DNA from: Escherichia coli
GTDB taxonomy: Bacteria; Pseudomonadota; Gammaproteobacteria; Enterobacterales; Enterobacteriaceae
Direction: 5' to 3' (one strand)
DNA: 64,000 bases
Assembly (NCBI RefSeq): GCF_003334335.1
Contig: NZ_QOWQ01000009.1
The notes beneath the pieces were generated by a model. It worked only from the letters and a program-made list of their open reading frames with translations, did not search any database and was not told the origin of the DNA. Positions 16,476 through 29,150 of this stretch are shown piece by piece. The translations under genes and the position numbers were made by a program. Every line of letters starts with the position of its first letter. Positions within the stretch are counted from its first letter, which is position 1.

Positions 16476-17457
16476 TTTGCCACTGATGATCACCATCGGC
16501 GTCTTTGTGTTGGGTTATCTTTACTGCCTGACCCAGTTTCCCGGTTTTGCTTCCACAAGAGTGATCTGCAATATCCTGACCGATAACGCCTTTCTTGGGA
16601 TCATTGCCGTTGGCATGACCTTTGTGATCCTCTCCGGTGGGATCGATCTCTCCGTCGGTTCGGTGATCGCCTTTACTGGCGTGTTTCTGGCAAAAGTGAT
16701 TGGCGATTTCGGCCTCTCGCCGCTACTGGCGTTTCCGCTAGTGCTGGTGATGGGCTGTGCCTTCGGCGCATTTATGGGGCTTTTGATCGACGCCCTGAAG
16801 ATCCCGGCATTTATCATTACCCTGGCGGGGATGTTCTTTTTGCGCGGTGTCAGCTATCTCGTTTCGGAAGAGTCGATTCCGATAAACCATCCCATTTATG
16901 ACACGCTCTCAAGCCTTGCGTGGAAAATCCCTGGCGGCGGTCGCTTAAGTGCGATGGGACTGCTGATGTTGGCGGTGGTGGTTATCGGTATTTTCCTCGC
17001 GCATCGTACCCGTTTTGGTAATCAGGTATACGCCATTGGCGGCAACGCAACGTCGGCGAACCTGATGGGGATTTCCACTCGCAGCACCACTATTCGCATT
17101 TATATGCTCTCCACCGGACTGGCAACGCTGGCGGGGATTGTCTTCTCGATTTATACCCAGGCCGGATATGCGCTGGCGGGCGTAGGTGTGGAACTGGATG
17201 CTATCGCCTCAGTGGTAATTGGCGGTACGCTTCTGAGCGGTGGCGTTGGAACGGTATTAGGGACGCTTTTTGGCGTGGCGATTCAGGGGCTAATACAGAC
17301 TTATATCAACTTTGATGGCACGCTGAGCTCATGGTGGACGAAAATCGCCATCGGTATTTTGTTATTTATTTTTATAGCATTACAGCGTGGATTAACGGTG
17401 CTGTGGGAGAATCGTCAGAGTTCGCCTGTGACAAGAGTCAACATTGCGCAGCGATAA
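16462..17457 (+). CDS. yjfF: sugar ABC transporter permease
   Basis: 331-aa polytopic membrane ORF, GTG start overlapping the ytfT 3' end by 14 bp. Confidence 0.85.
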   Translation: MIKRNLPLMITIGVFVLGYLYCLTQFPGFASTRVICNILTDNAFLGIIAVGMTFVILSGGIDLSVGSVIAFTGVFLAKVIGDFGLSPLLAFPLVLVMGCAFGAFMGLLIDALKIPAFIITLAGMFFLRGVSYLVSEESIPINHPIYDTLSSLAWKIPGGGRLSAMGLLMLAVVVIGIFLAHRTRFGNQVYAIGGNATSANLMGISTRSTTIRIYMLSTGLATLAGIVFSIYTQAGYALAGVGVELDAIASVVIGGTLLSGGVGTVLGTLFGVAIQGLIQTYINFDGTLSSWWTKIAIGILLFIFIALQRGLTVLWENRQSSPVTRVNIAQR

Positions 17458-17483
17458 AAACGCCTCTCCGTGTGGAGAGGCGC
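17455..17483 (-). terminator. terminator after fbp (possibly bidirectional with yjfF)
   Basis: CGCCTCTCC-GTGTG-GAGAGGCG hairpin with adjacent A/T run. Confidence 0.6.
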
Positions 17484-17489
17484 AGGAGA

Positions 17490-18488
17490 TTACGCGTCCG
17501 GGAACTCACGGATAAAGCGTTCGACATCTTCAACCATATGGTCGTTGCCGACAAAGAACGAACGGCGCTGGTGCAGAGTTTCCGGGATGATATCCAGAAT
17601 ACGCTCTTTGCCATCGCTCGCTTTACCGCCCGCTTGTTCCGCCAGGAATGCCATCGGGTTGCACTCATACAGCAAACGCAGTTTGCCGTCCGGGTGGCTG
17701 GCGGTGCTTGGGTAGAGATAAATACCGCCTTTCAGCAGGTTACGGTGGAAATCCGCGACCAGTGAACCGATATAACGTGAGGTATAAGGGCGGTTGGTGG
17801 ACTTATCTTCTTCCTGGCAGAATTTAATGTACTTCTTCACCCCGTTCGGAAACTTAATGTAGTTTCCTTCGTTGATGGAGTAGGTTTTGCCTTTCTCCGG
17901 GAAGCGCATCCGTTCCTGGCACAGACAGAAAACGCCCAGCGAAGGATCGTAAGTAAAGGCGTGAACACCGCATCCGGTGGTGTAAACCAGCATGGTAGAG
18001 GAGCCGTATACCACGTAACCTGCCGCAACCTGTTTGTTACCAGGCTGGAGGAAATCTTCTTCCGTTACCGGCGTGCCAACAGGCGTAACGCGGCGGTAGA
18101 TGGAGAAAATGGTACCGACAGAGACGTTAACATCGATGTTGGACGAGCCATCCAGTGGGTCCATCAGCACCACGTATTTTGCGTGTTCACAGCCTTCAAA
18201 GACGACAATCTCATCTTCTTCTTCAGAGGCAATGCCCGCAACGATATCGCGTGCTTTCAGTGCGGCTTTCAGTTTTTCATTAGCGAACAAGTCGAGTTTC
18301 TGCTGAACCTCGCCCTGCACGTTCTCAGCACCGCTGGCACCCAGGATATCAACCAGTCCTGCTTTGTTGATATCGCGATGGATAATCTTGGCGCCCAGTT
18401 TTATTGCCGACAGCAAAGCAGTGAGCTCACCGGTAGCATGAGAAAACTCGTGCTGCTTTTCGACAATAAATTCACCTAACGTTTTCAT
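17490..18488 (-). CDS. fbp: fructose-1,6-bisphosphatase class 1
   Basis: 332-aa product from the ATG at 18486-18488 ([12 protein letters not shown]...); the ORF-track extension to 18671 is upstream out-of-gene sequence. Confidence 0.95.
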
Positions 18489-18663
18489 AAAACTTTCCCT
18501 GCAATGTTTATGGAGTAAAGCGACCGCAACAATCTTAACAAATAATCTCAATGTTGCGCTCAGGTGAATCGCGCCAGCAAATTGCGGATTATCCTGAAAT
18601 GCGTTTCTCACTTGCCCGACATATGCGTAAAATGAGCGGCAGATTAAAAAAGGATAGTGACGT

Positions 18664-20037
18664 ATGCGCATTCATATTTTAGGAATTTGTGGCACGTTTA
18701 TGGGCGGTCTGGCGATGCTGGCGCGCCAGTTAGGCCATGAAGTAACGGGTTCGGACGCCAATGTGTATCCGCCGATGAGCACCTTACTTGAGAAGCAAGG
18801 CATTGAACTGATTCAGGGTTACGATGCCAGCCAGCTCGATCCGCAGCCGGATCTGGTGATTATTGGCAACGCCATGACCCGTGGAAATCCGTGTGTGGAA
18901 GCGGTACTGGAAAAAAACATCCCTTATATGTCAGGTCCACAGTGGCTGCACGATTTTGTGCTGCGCGACCGCTGGGTGCTGGCCGTTGCCGGTACACATG
19001 GCAAAACCACCACCGCGGGAATGGCAACCTGGATTCTGGAACAGTGCGGTTACAAACCGGGATTTGTGATCGGCGGTGTGCCGGGGAACTTTGAGGTTTC
19101 GGCGCGTCTGGGCGAAAGCGACTTCTTTGTTATCGAAGCGGATGAGTATGACTGCGCCTTCTTCGACAAACGCTCTAAATTTGTCCATTACTGCCCACGT
19201 ACGCTGATCCTCAACAACCTTGAGTTCGATCACGCCGATATCTTTGACGACCTGAAAGCGATCCAGAAACAGTTCCACCATCTGGTGCGTATCGTTCCGG
19301 GGCAGGGCCGTATTATCTGGCCAGAAAACGACATCAACCTGAAACAGACCATGGCGATGGGCTGCTGGAGCGAGCAGGAGCTGGTGGGTGAGCAGGGGCA
19401 CTGGCAGGCGAAAAAGCTGACCACCGATGCTTCCGAATGGGAAGTTTTGCTGGATGGCGAAAAAGTGGGCGAAGTGAAATGGTCGCTGGTAGGCGAACAT
19501 AATATGCACAATGGCCTGATGGCGATTGCGGCGGCTCGCCATGTTGGTGTAGCGCCGGCAGATGCCGCTAACGCGCTGGGTTCGTTTATTAACGCTCGTC
19601 GCCGTCTGGAGTTGCGTGGTGAAGCGAATGGCGTCACGGTATATGACGATTTTGCCCATCACCCAACGGCGATTCTGGCAACGCTTGCGGCGCTGCGTGG
19701 CAAAGTTGGCGGTACGGCGCGCATTATTGCCGTGCTGGAACCGCGCTCGAATACCATGAAAATGGGGATCTGCAAAGACGATCTGGCACCTTCATTAGGT
19801 CGTGCCGATGAAGTCTTCCTGCTGCAACCGGCGCATATTCCGTGGCAGGTGGCAGAAGTGGCAGAAGCCTGCGTTCAGCCTGCACACTGGAGTGGCGATG
19901 TGGATACGCTGGCAGATATGGTGGTGAAAACCGCTCAGCCTGGCGACCATATTCTGGTGATGAGCAACGGCGGTTTTGGTGGGATCCATCAGAAACTGCT
20001 GGATGGTCTGGCGAAGAAGGCGGAAGCCGCGCAGTAA
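18664..20037 (+). CDS. mpl: UDP-N-acetylmuramate:L-alanyl-gamma-D-glutamyl-meso-diaminopimelate ligase (murein peptide ligase)
   Basis: 457-aa [20 protein letters not shown]..., Mur-ligase GTHGKTTT P-loop. Confidence 0.95.
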
Positions 20038-20044
20038 TTCGGCC

Positions 20045-20170
20045 TTAGCCTGATATAGTGTGCGTAGGCCGGATAAGGCGTTCACGCCGCATCCGGCATT
20101 TGAGCATAGTGCCTGATGCGACGCTTGATGCGTCTTATCAGGCCTACAGGTGCACCGCATCCGGCAAACC
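20045..20170. repeat. REP/BIME element
   Basis: GCCGGATAAGGCGTTCACGCCGCATCCGGC and GCCTGATGCGACGCTTGATGCGTCTTATCAGGCCTAC units. Confidence 0.8.
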
Positions 20171-20192
20171 ATACTCACATCAACAACGAAAA

Positions 20193-20744
20193 TTACCCTT
20201 CATTCTCCGCCAGTTCGCGCAGATACTGGAAAATCTGGCGTGCGGATTTCGGCGGCTTATTCCCTTCTTTCTCTTTCTTCGCGTTGCGGATCAGAGTACG
20301 CAGTTGCTGACGATCGGCATCGGGCCACAGATTTAATACCTCAGCGATGGCGTCATCACCTTGATCGATCAGACGATCGCGCAGGTTTTCCAGTTTATGG
20401 AACAGCACCACCTGCTGGTTGTGACGGTTTTTCAGCTTATCCAGCGCCTGACGAATAGGCTCTACGTCGCGCTGGCGCAGCATCTTACCGATGAGCTGCA
20501 ACTGGCGGCGGCGACCTTCCATCTTAATACGCTGGGCGAGCTCAATAGCCGCGCGCAGATCCGCATCTAACGGGATCTTATCCAGCGCGTTTTTCCCCAG
20601 ATCAACAATTTCCGCGCCAAGGCGTTTTAGCTCCTCGGCATCACGTTTAATTTCACTTTTACTGACCCAGATAATTTCATCGTCTTCGTCTTCGATGTCA
20701 TCACCGGGAACGTCGTCGAGCCAGTCTTCGGGCTGCTTAGTCAT
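20193..20744 (-). CDS. yjgA: ribosome-associated protein YjgA (DUF615)
   Basis: 183-aa acidic/basic [26 protein letters not shown]... Confidence 0.9.
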
Positions 20745-20838
20745 CTCAGGCTCCTTAAAAAAAAGAGGCTAATGTTACCAGTTAAGATGCGCACTGAAAA
20801 ACGGTTCTCTGTTAGACTTCAGAGAAACTCTCTACATT

Positions 20839-22191
20839 ATGGCACTTGCAATGAAAGTAATCTCTCAAGTTGAAGCGCAGCGCAAGATTCTGGAAGAAGC
20901 AGTTTCCACTGCGCTGGAGTTGGCCTCAGGCAAATCGGACGGTGCGGAAGTTGCCGTCAGCAAGACCACCGGCATTAGCGTAAGCACGCGTTATGGTGAA
21001 GTGGAGAATGTTGAATTCAATAGCGATGGCGCGCTGGGGATCACTGTTTATCACCAGAACCGCAAAGGTAGCGCATCATCCACCGATTTAAGCCCGCAGG
21101 CCATTGCCCGTACTGTACAGGCGGCGCTGGATATTGCCCGTTATACCTCGCCAGATCCCTGTGCCGGCGTGGCAGACAAAGAGCTGCTGGCCTTTGACGC
21201 ACCAGATCTCGACTTGTTCCACCCTGCGGAAGTTTCCCCGGATGAAGCCATTGAACTGGCGGCCCGCGCAGAACAGGCGGCATTGCAGGCGGACAAACGC
21301 ATCACCAATACCGAAGGTGGCAGCTTTAACAGCCACTACGGTGTCAAAGTTTTTGGCAACAGCCACGGCATGTTGCAGGGTTACTGCTCAACGCGTCATT
21401 CGCTCTCCAGCTGTGTAATTGCCGAAGAAAATGGCGATATGGAGCGTGATTACGCCTACACCATTGGTCGTGCGATGAGCGATCTGCAAACGCCAGAGTG
21501 GGTTGGGGCCGACTGTGCTCGCCGTACTTTATCGCGCCTGTCACCGCGTAAACTCTCCACCATGAAAGCGCCGGTCATTTTTGCCAATGAAGTGGCAACC
21601 GGGCTTTTTGGCCATCTGGTGGGGGCGATAGCGGGTGGATCGGTTTACCGTAAATCCACCTTCCTGCTGGATTCGCTGGGTAAACAAATTCTGCCGGACT
21701 GGCTGACCATTGAAGAGCATCCGCATCTGCTGAAAGGGCTGGCATCGACGCCATTTGACAGCGAAGGTGTGCGCACCGAGCGTCGCGATATTATTAAAGA
21801 TGGCATCCTGACTCAGTGGCTGCTGACCAGCTACTCGGCGCGGAAACTGGGGCTGAAAAGCACCGGACATGCGGGCGGTATTCACAACTGGCGGATTGCC
21901 GGACAAGGGCTAAGCTTCGAACAAATGCTCAAAGAGATGGGTACCGGGCTGGTGGTGACGGAGCTGATGGGCCAGGGCGTGAGTGCCATTACCGGTGATT
22001 ATTCCCGTGGTGCAGCGGGCTTCTGGGTAGAGAATGGCGAAATTCAGTATCCGGTTAGCGAAATCACCATCGCAGGTAATTTAAAAGATATGTGGCGCAA
22101 TATTGTCACCGTCGGTAACGATATTGAAACACGCAGTAATATACAGTGTGGTTCTGTGCTGTTGCCGGAGATGAAAATCGCCGGGCAGTAA
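20839..22191 (+). CDS. pmbA: metalloprotease PmbA (TldE)
   Basis: 450-aa [24 protein letters not shown]... Confidence 0.95.
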
Positions 22192-22370
22192 AAAACTGGC
22201 GCGACCTGCCGCGCTATAAACTAAAAAATTACACAAAATCATTCGCACTGCATCGAGACGGAAAGTGAATGAGGGCCGGGGAGCGTACTCGCAGTACGTG
22301 ACCCGGGCGAATGAGCGTAGCCGTCGATGAGGCAGTGTGAAGGATGAAGTGTAAATAAAAAAGGAAGTGA

Positions 22371-22760
<390 letters not shown>

Positions 22761-22770
22761 TTCCTCATTT

Positions 22771-22798
22771 CCCTGTTGCCTGCACTCAGGTAACAGGG
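22771..22798. terminator. hairpin between convergent cybC and nrdG
   Basis: CCCTGTT...AACAGGG stem seen in sequence; no strong T-tract. Confidence 0.4.
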
Positions 22799-22804
22799 AA
22801 CTTA

Positions 22805-23269
22805 TCATCGCAAATGATGCACCACCTGATTGCTGCTGCCGCGCCAGATCAGGGAAGGGTCTTTTAAATCCTGCACAAATTTGCCGTCGACCAGTACGTT
22901 AATCAAATCAACAACCTGCATTTGCGCAGCGTTGAGATCGTCGAGTTTATAGCCTGTCCACACCCAGATGTCTTTATCCGGACACTCGGCGCGGATGCGT
23001 TTTACCAGTTTCAGAATATCCGGCACGTTTTGCGGATGCAGCGGATCGCCGCCGGAGAGGGAAATCCCCTGGCGTTTGATACGAGTGTCATTCAGATCGT
23101 TAATGATCTGGTCTTCCATTGCTTTGGTAAATGGCTGACCAGAATTTACCCGCCATGTGCTTTTGTTATAGCAACCGGGGCATTCATGAACACACCCGGA
23201 GACAAACAGGGTGCAGCGAGTGCCGGGGCCGTTGACGATGTCGACAGGATAGTACTGATGATAATTCAT
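22805..23269 (-). CDS. nrdG: anaerobic ribonucleoside-triphosphate reductase activating protein (radical SAM)
   Basis: 154-aa ORF with CVHECPGC cluster motif. Confidence 0.95.
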   Translation of the reverse strand: MNYHQYYPVDIVNGPGTRCTLFVSGCVHECPGCYNKSTWRVNSGQPFTKAMEDQIINDLNDTRIKRQGISLSGGDPLHPQNVPDILKLVKRIRAECPDKDIWVWTGYKLDDLNAAQMQVVDLINVLVDGKFVQDLKDPSLIWRGSSNQVVHHLR

Positions 23270-23287
23270 TATTTCGCCTGGCTTATC

Positions 23288-23403
<116 letters not shown>

Positions 23404-23426
23404 ATTTGCTTAACGTAGAGTGAAGA

Positions 23427-25565
23427 TTAACCTATCTGCCCATTTCCCAAATGTTTAACGCGGCGCTTAACTTCTTCCTGCTTACCGGCGTTAAATGGAC
23501 GTGCATCCGGGCTACCTAAATATCCGCACACGCGGCGAGTTACCGACACACGGGAGGCGTCATGGTTACCACATTTCGGGCAAGTGAAGCCTTTGCTGGT
23601 GCACTCGAACTCACCGGTAAAGCCACACTCGTAGCACTCATCAATCGGTGTATTGGTGCCGTAATACGGTACATGCTGATAGCTGTAATCCCAGACATCT
23701 TCCAGCGCCTTCAGGTTGTGCTGAATGTTTGGATACTCGCCGTAGCAAATGAAACCACCGTTCGCCAGCGGCGGGTAAGGCGCTTCAAAGTCGATCTTGT
23801 CGTACGGGTTCACCTTCTTCTCCACATCGAGGTGGAAACTGTTGGTGTAGTAACCTTTATCGGTCACGCCCGGCACCACGCCAAACTCAGCAGTATCGAG
23901 ACGGCAGAAGCGGTCGCACAGGTTTTCACTCGGCGTGCTGTAGAGACTGAAACCATAACCCGTTTCTTCTTTCCACTGATCCACTGCCTGACGCAGACGT
24001 TCAACAATGGCGATACCTTTCGCGCGAAGCTGCTCGTTGTCGTAAACATGCTCGCCGCCGAACAGCGCGTTAATGGTTTCGTGGATGCCGATGTAACCCA
24101 GCGAAATAGACGCACGACCGTTTTTGAAGATTTCAGAAACATCATCGTCAGCATTGAGACGCACGCCACAAGCACCTTCCATATAGAGGATCGGGGCCAC
24201 GCGCGCTTTCACGCCTTCGAGACGAGCGATACGGGTCATCAGCGCCTTACGTGCCAGCACCAGACGTTCATCCAGCAGCTTCCAGAAGGTGGCTTCATCG
24301 CCTTTTGCTTCCAGAGCAATACGCGGCAGGTTCAGGCTGATCACGCCGAGGTTGTTACGACCATCGTGGATCTGCTCGCCGTTTTCATTTTCCCACACGC
24401 CGAGGAAGCTGCGGCAGCCCATCGGGGTTTTAAACGAACCGGTGACTTTCACTACCTGATCGTAGTTCAGGATATCCGGATACATGCGCTTGCTTGCGCA
24501 CTCCAGCGCCAGCTGTTTGATGTCGTAGTTCGGATCGCCTTTTTTATGGTTCAGACCATCGCGAATCGCAAACACCAGTTTCGGGAACACCGCAGTTTTA
24601 CGGTTTTTACCGAGACCTGCGATACGGTTACGCAGGATAGATTCCTGAATCAGGCGCGATTCCCAGCTGGTGCCCAGACCAAAACCAAAAGTTACAAACG
24701 GCGTTTGACCGTTGGCGGTATGCAGGGTGTTTACTTCGTACTCCAGCGACTGGAAGGCATCGTAGCACTCTTTAATGGTACGAGAGTTAGCGTAGCCTTC
24801 TGCGTCCGGGATGCTCCACTCTTCTGCGGTCTTGCGATGTTTGTTGTAGCTGGCGGTGACAAACGGTGCCAGCACTTCATCGATACGGTTAATGGTGGTG
24901 CCGCCATAAATATGGCTGGCAACCTGAGCAATAATCTGCGCAGTTACCGCGGTTGCCGTTGAGATCGACTTCGGCGGTTCAATCTCGGCGTTCCCCATTT
25001 TAAAGCCCTGGGTCAGCATGCCTTTCAGGTCGATCAACATGCAGTTGAACATCGGGAAAAACGGTGAGTAATCGAGATCGTGATAGTGAATATCGCCACG
25101 CTCATGTGCCTGCACCACGTCACGCGGCAGCAGGTGCTGACGTGCATAGTGTTTAGCCACGATCCCGGCCAGCAGGTCGCGCTGGGTTGGAATCACCTTG
25201 CTGTCTTTGTTGGCGTTTTCGTTGAGTAACGAGGCGTTGGTCTGCTCGACCAGACCACGGATCTCCTGGTTCAGGCGACCGCGTTTTTCACGTTCAATGT
25301 CGCGATCGTGACGGTACTCGATGTAAGCACGAGCCAGTTGTTTGTATGGACCCGACATCAGCTGGTTTTCAACTGCGGTCTGGATCTCATTGATATCCAC
25401 CTGGTTGCGGCCCTGCATCTGCTCGCTGACAACCGCGGCAACAGTGGCGCAATAATCGGCATCATCGACTTCCGCTGCTTTAGCTGCACGCAGAATCGCT
25501 TCTTTGATGCGCTCTGATTTAAACGGCACTTTGCAGCCGTCTCGTTTCATCACATGCGGTGTCAT
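23427..25565 (-). CDS. nrdD: anaerobic ribonucleoside-triphosphate reductase (class III)
   Basis: 712-aa ORF; C-terminal zinc ribbon (CxxC...CxxC) and glycyl-radical region (RVCGYLG). Confidence 0.95.
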   Translation of the reverse strand: MTPHVMKRDGCKVPFKSERIKEAILRAAKAAEVDDADYCATVAAVVSEQMQGRNQVDINEIQTAVENQLMSGPYKQLARAYIEYRHDRDIEREKRGRLNQEIRGLVEQTNASLLNENANKDSKVIPTQRDLLAGIVAKHYARQHLLPRDVVQAHERGDIHYHDLDYSPFFPMFNCMLIDLKGMLTQGFKMGNAEIEPPKSISTATAVTAQIIAQVASHIYGGTTINRIDEVLAPFVTASYNKHRKTAEEWSIPDAEGYANSRTIKECYDAFQSLEYEVNTLHTANGQTPFVTFGFGLGTSWESRLIQESILRNRIAGLGKNRKTAVFPKLVFAIRDGLNHKKGDPNYDIKQLALECASKRMYPDILNYDQVVKVTGSFKTPMGCRSFLGVWENENGEQIHDGRNNLGVISLNLPRIALEAKGDEATFWKLLDERLVLARKALMTRIARLEGVKARVAPILYMEGACGVRLNADDDVSEIFKNGRASISLGYIGIHETINALFGGEHVYDNEQLRAKGIAIVERLRQAVDQWKEETGYGFSLYSTPSENLCDRFCRLDTAEFGVVPGVTDKGYYTNSFHLDVEKKVNPYDKIDFEAPYPPLANGGFICYGEYPNIQHNLKALEDVWDYSYQHVPYYGTNTPIDECYECGFTGEFECTSKGFTCPKCGNHDASRVSVTRRVCGYLGSPDARPFNAGKQEEVKRRVKHLGNGQIG

Positions 25566-25958
25566 GATCGCTCCATATTTTTAAGAACAGGTTATCCACA
25601 GAAATTGGGAAAGGCGTTTTCCGGTTTTTTCGTTTCGTTTTCCGGTGCTTTCCGCAATCGCCATCCGCTTATCCACAACGCCGCACCTTTTTCGTGGGGA
25701 GCTGTAGTAGCAATTATAGTCGATTAATACAACATATTGGGTTGGGACGCATTTTAAAGTCTATATATAGTGCTTTGCATCAAGGATGTTTGAACTTTTT
25801 TTGATGTAGCTCAAAGTAAAAAGCAGAGCGTACGGATGACGGGCGCTACAGCGTTATGTAAATTTTTTAATGAATTTGCTGGTTGAAAAATCAACAAAAA
25901 CAACATGCTGACAGACAAAACCCCGGAATGACCGGCATTACCGGGGCTTAGGGAAGAT

Positions 25959-27614
25959 TTACTTCTGTAACCACCAGACAGCCTCAAAAGGCCGTAAATT
26001 CATGGCACAGGGTTGTGGTGAGGCTTCTTCGTAGTTATGCATCACAAGCTGCCAGTTGCCGCGCATTTGCCCTGGCTGCCAGGGTTGGATCTCACGGCTA
26101 AGGTTGGCAATGACCAGCAAGGTTTGCCCCTTCCATTCACGGCGATAGCACCACAATACAGGGCTGTTTGGCAGCAGATCCTGGTAATTGCCCCATGTCA
26201 GGATGGCTTCCTGCTTACGCAGTGCGATTAACTTTTGGTAGGTGTAAAACACCGAGGAATCATCGGCCAGCGCGGCTTCTACGTTGATTTGTTGATAGTT
26301 ATCGCCCAGGCCAATCCACGGTTCGCCAGCCGTAAACCCGGCATTATCGCCGTTGCTCCATTGCATGGGCGTGCGGCTGTTGTCACGGGATTTACTGGCG
26401 AGGATTGCCAATAACTCGTCGGCATCACGCCCATCGTTGCGCAGCTCGGCAAACATATTGAGGCTCTCCACGTCGCGATAGTCAGTAATGCGCGTGAAAT
26501 GCGGGTTGGTCATGCCAATCTCTTCGCCCTGGTAGATATACGGCGTTCCCTGCATGCCATGCAGCACCATCGCTAGCATTTTTGCCGCAGGCACGCGGTA
26601 TTCACCTTCATCACCAAAGCGAGAAACAATGCGCGGCTGATCGTGGTTACACCAGAACAAGGCATTCCATGCTACGTTGTGCATTCCTTGTTGCCAGTGG
26701 CGGAACAATGTTTTCAACGCCACAAAGTCAGGTTTAGCCAGCGTCCATTTTTCACCACCGGGATAATCGACCTTCAGGTGATGAAAATTAAAGGTCATCG
26801 ATAATTCACTGCCTGCCAGTGCCGCGTATCGCTGGCAATGCTCAAGGCTGGTGGAGGACATTTCACCTACGGTCATTAACCCGCGTGGCGTAAACACATC
26901 GCGGTTCATCTCGTGCAAAAACTCGTGTGCTCGTGGCCCGTCGGTGTAGAAGCGACGCCCGTCGCCATCCAGGTCTTCAGGGAAACGCGGGTCTTTGGAG
27001 ATCAGATTCACCACATCCAGGCGCAACCCATCGACCCCACGATCGGCCCAGAATTCACAGACTTTTTTCAGCTCTGCGCGTACCGCTGGATTCTCCCAGT
27101 TGAGATCCGCCTGTTCTGGTGCAAAGAGATGCAAATAGTACTGTTCGCTTTCCGCATGCCAGCGCCACGCACTACCGCCAAATTTTGAACGCCAGTTATT
27201 CGGTGGCGTTTCTGGTTCGCCATCGCGCCAGATATAAAACTGGCGGTAAGGGCTTTCTTTGTTCAGCGCCTCGCGAAACCAGGCATGTTGGGTAGAGGTA
27301 TGGTTAAACACCATATCGAGAATGATACGAATCCCGCGCGATTTTGCCTGCGTCACCAGTTCGTCAAAATCGTCCAGCGTGCCGTAGGTGGGATCAATCG
27401 CCGTATAGTTCGCTACGTCGTAACCGTTATCGACCTGGGGAGAGACATAAAAGGGGGTTAGCCAGATGGCATCAACGCCCAGTTTATGCAGATAGTCCAG
27501 GCGTTGGATAACGCCACGTAAATCGCCGGTACCGCTACCCGTGGTGTCCTGAAAACTCTTTGGATAAATCTGGTAGATAACGCCGTTTTGCCACCAGTGG
27601 GGAAGATTAGTCAT
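25959..27614 (-). CDS. treC: trehalose-6-phosphate hydrolase (GH13)
   Basis: 551-aa product from the ATG at 27612-27614 (MTNLPHWWQNGVIYQIYPKSF); alpha-amylase family motifs. Confidence 0.95.
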   Translation of the reverse strand: MTNLPHWWQNGVIYQIYPKSFQDTTGSGTGDLRGVIQRLDYLHKLGVDAIWLTPFYVSPQVDNGYDVANYTAIDPTYGTLDDFDELVTQAKSRGIRIILDMVFNHTSTQHAWFREALNKESPYRQFYIWRDGEPETPPNNWRSKFGGSAWRWHAESEQYYLHLFAPEQADLNWENPAVRAELKKVCEFWADRGVDGLRLDVVNLISKDPRFPEDLDGDGRRFYTDGPRAHEFLHEMNRDVFTPRGLMTVGEMSSTSLEHCQRYAALAGSELSMTFNFHHLKVDYPGGEKWTLAKPDFVALKTLFRHWQQGMHNVAWNALFWCNHDQPRIVSRFGDEGEYRVPAAKMLAMVLHGMQGTPYIYQGEEIGMTNPHFTRITDYRDVESLNMFAELRNDGRDADELLAILASKSRDNSRTPMQWSNGDNAGFTAGEPWIGLGDNYQQINVEAALADDSSVFYTYQKLIALRKQEAILTWGNYQDLLPNSPVLWCYRREWKGQTLLVIANLSREIQPWQPGQMRGNWQLVMHNYEEASPQPCAMNLRPFEAVWWLQK

Positions 27615-27663
27615 TACGTTATTCCTGCGAATGCGAGGGGGCGCAATTGCGCCCCGAAGAAAA

Positions 27664-29085
27664 TTAAACAATGTCCAGCGTGCCCAGGCGGTATTTCCGC
27701 TGATAGATAAACGAGGTGAGTACAATCGGGATGATGATGGCGATAGCCATTGCCAGCGCAAACACCTGCCAGTAGCTCGGTTGAATCGAGAGAATTCCCG
27801 GCAGGCCGCCTACGCCGATGCCATTCGCCATAACGCCGTTCAGGCCGCATAGCAATCCTGCCAGACCAGAACCAATCATCGCGCACAGCATCGGGAAGCG
27901 ATATTTCAGGTTGATGCCGTACATTGCAGGCTCAGTGACCCCAAGCCAGGCGGAGATAGCGGCAGGCACGGAGATCTCGCGTTCATTGTGCTTGCGGCTG
28001 GAAATGATAATGCCTATCACGGCGGAGCCCTGAGCGATATTCGACAGCGCAATCAGCGGCCACACTGGCGTACCACCCATGCTTTGAATCATCTGCAAAT
28101 CAATAGCAAGCGTGGTCTGGTGTACACCGGTGATCACCAGCGGGGCGTACAGGAAGCCAAACAATGCTGCGCCAATAGGTGCAAAGCTGCCGGTCATCAG
28201 GTGACGTACCGCAAAGGCAACGCCATCGCCAATCATGCGTCCAAACGGACCAATCAGCGCATGGGCGAGGAACACCGCGAGGATCAGCGAACAGACGGGC
28301 ACCACCACCAGATAGAGGTAATCCGGCACGATGCGTTTAAGGCGAGTTTCAATAACGCCCAGCGCCAGCCCGGCTAACAGTGCCGGGATCACCTGCGCCT
28401 GATAGCCTACTTTGGCGATGCTGAACATGCCAAAGTCCCACACTTCCGGCAGCTGCTGCCCGAGCAGATAAGCGTTCATCAGCTGTGGAGAAACCAGCGT
28501 TACGCCAAGTACGATACCAAGGATCGGCGTGCCGCCCATTTTTTTCACCGCTGACCAGCAAATCCCGACCGGCAGGTAGAAGAAGATCGCTTCACCGATC
28601 AACCACAGAAAATCGTAGATCGTTTGCAGGGAAGGGTACATTTGCGCCAGCGTTTGACCGTTGCTCATGGGCAAATCGCCGATCACATTGCGAAAACCGA
28701 GGATCAAACCGCCGCTAATCAACGCGGGCAGCAACGGGAAGAAGATCTCCGCGAAATGAGAGATCAACTGCTCATGCCATTTCATATTCTGCCGGGCGGC
28801 TTTTTTTACCTGCTCTTTATCAACCTGCGCCTGTCCGGTTGACGCAATCAGTGCTTGATAGTAATCACCCACATTGGTGCCAATCACCACCTGAAATTGC
28901 CCGGCATTGGTGAAACAGCCTTTCACCATGGGGAGTTGCTCAATTTCTTTCGGTCTGGCATTGGCCGGTTGGTTGAGGACAAAGCGCAGGCGAGTAATAC
29001 AGTGGCTCACCGTCGCAATATTGCCGCGCCCGCCGACCAGTTCAATCAACCGATCGATATCCGTTTGGTTTATTTTGCTCATCAT
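27664..29085 (-). CDS. treB: PTS trehalose-specific EIIBC component
   Basis: 473-aa ORF; EIIB cysteine motif (CITRLR) followed by a polytopic EIIC domain. Confidence 0.95.
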   Translation of the reverse strand: MMSKINQTDIDRLIELVGGRGNIATVSHCITRLRFVLNQPANARPKEIEQLPMVKGCFTNAGQFQVVIGTNVGDYYQALIASTGQAQVDKEQVKKAARQNMKWHEQLISHFAEIFFPLLPALISGGLILGFRNVIGDLPMSNGQTLAQMYPSLQTIYDFLWLIGEAIFFYLPVGICWSAVKKMGGTPILGIVLGVTLVSPQLMNAYLLGQQLPEVWDFGMFSIAKVGYQAQVIPALLAGLALGVIETRLKRIVPDYLYLVVVPVCSLILAVFLAHALIGPFGRMIGDGVAFAVRHLMTGSFAPIGAALFGFLYAPLVITGVHQTTLAIDLQMIQSMGGTPVWPLIALSNIAQGSAVIGIIISSRKHNEREISVPAAISAWLGVTEPAMYGINLKYRFPMLCAMIGSGLAGLLCGLNGVMANGIGVGGLPGILSIQPSYWQVFALAMAIAIIIPIVLTSFIYQRKYRLGTLDIV

Positions 29086-29150
29086 AAAGCCCCATGGCAG
29101 ATGACATTTTTGGTTGGCTGCAGAATATATTGCGCGGAAAAATTTAAAAA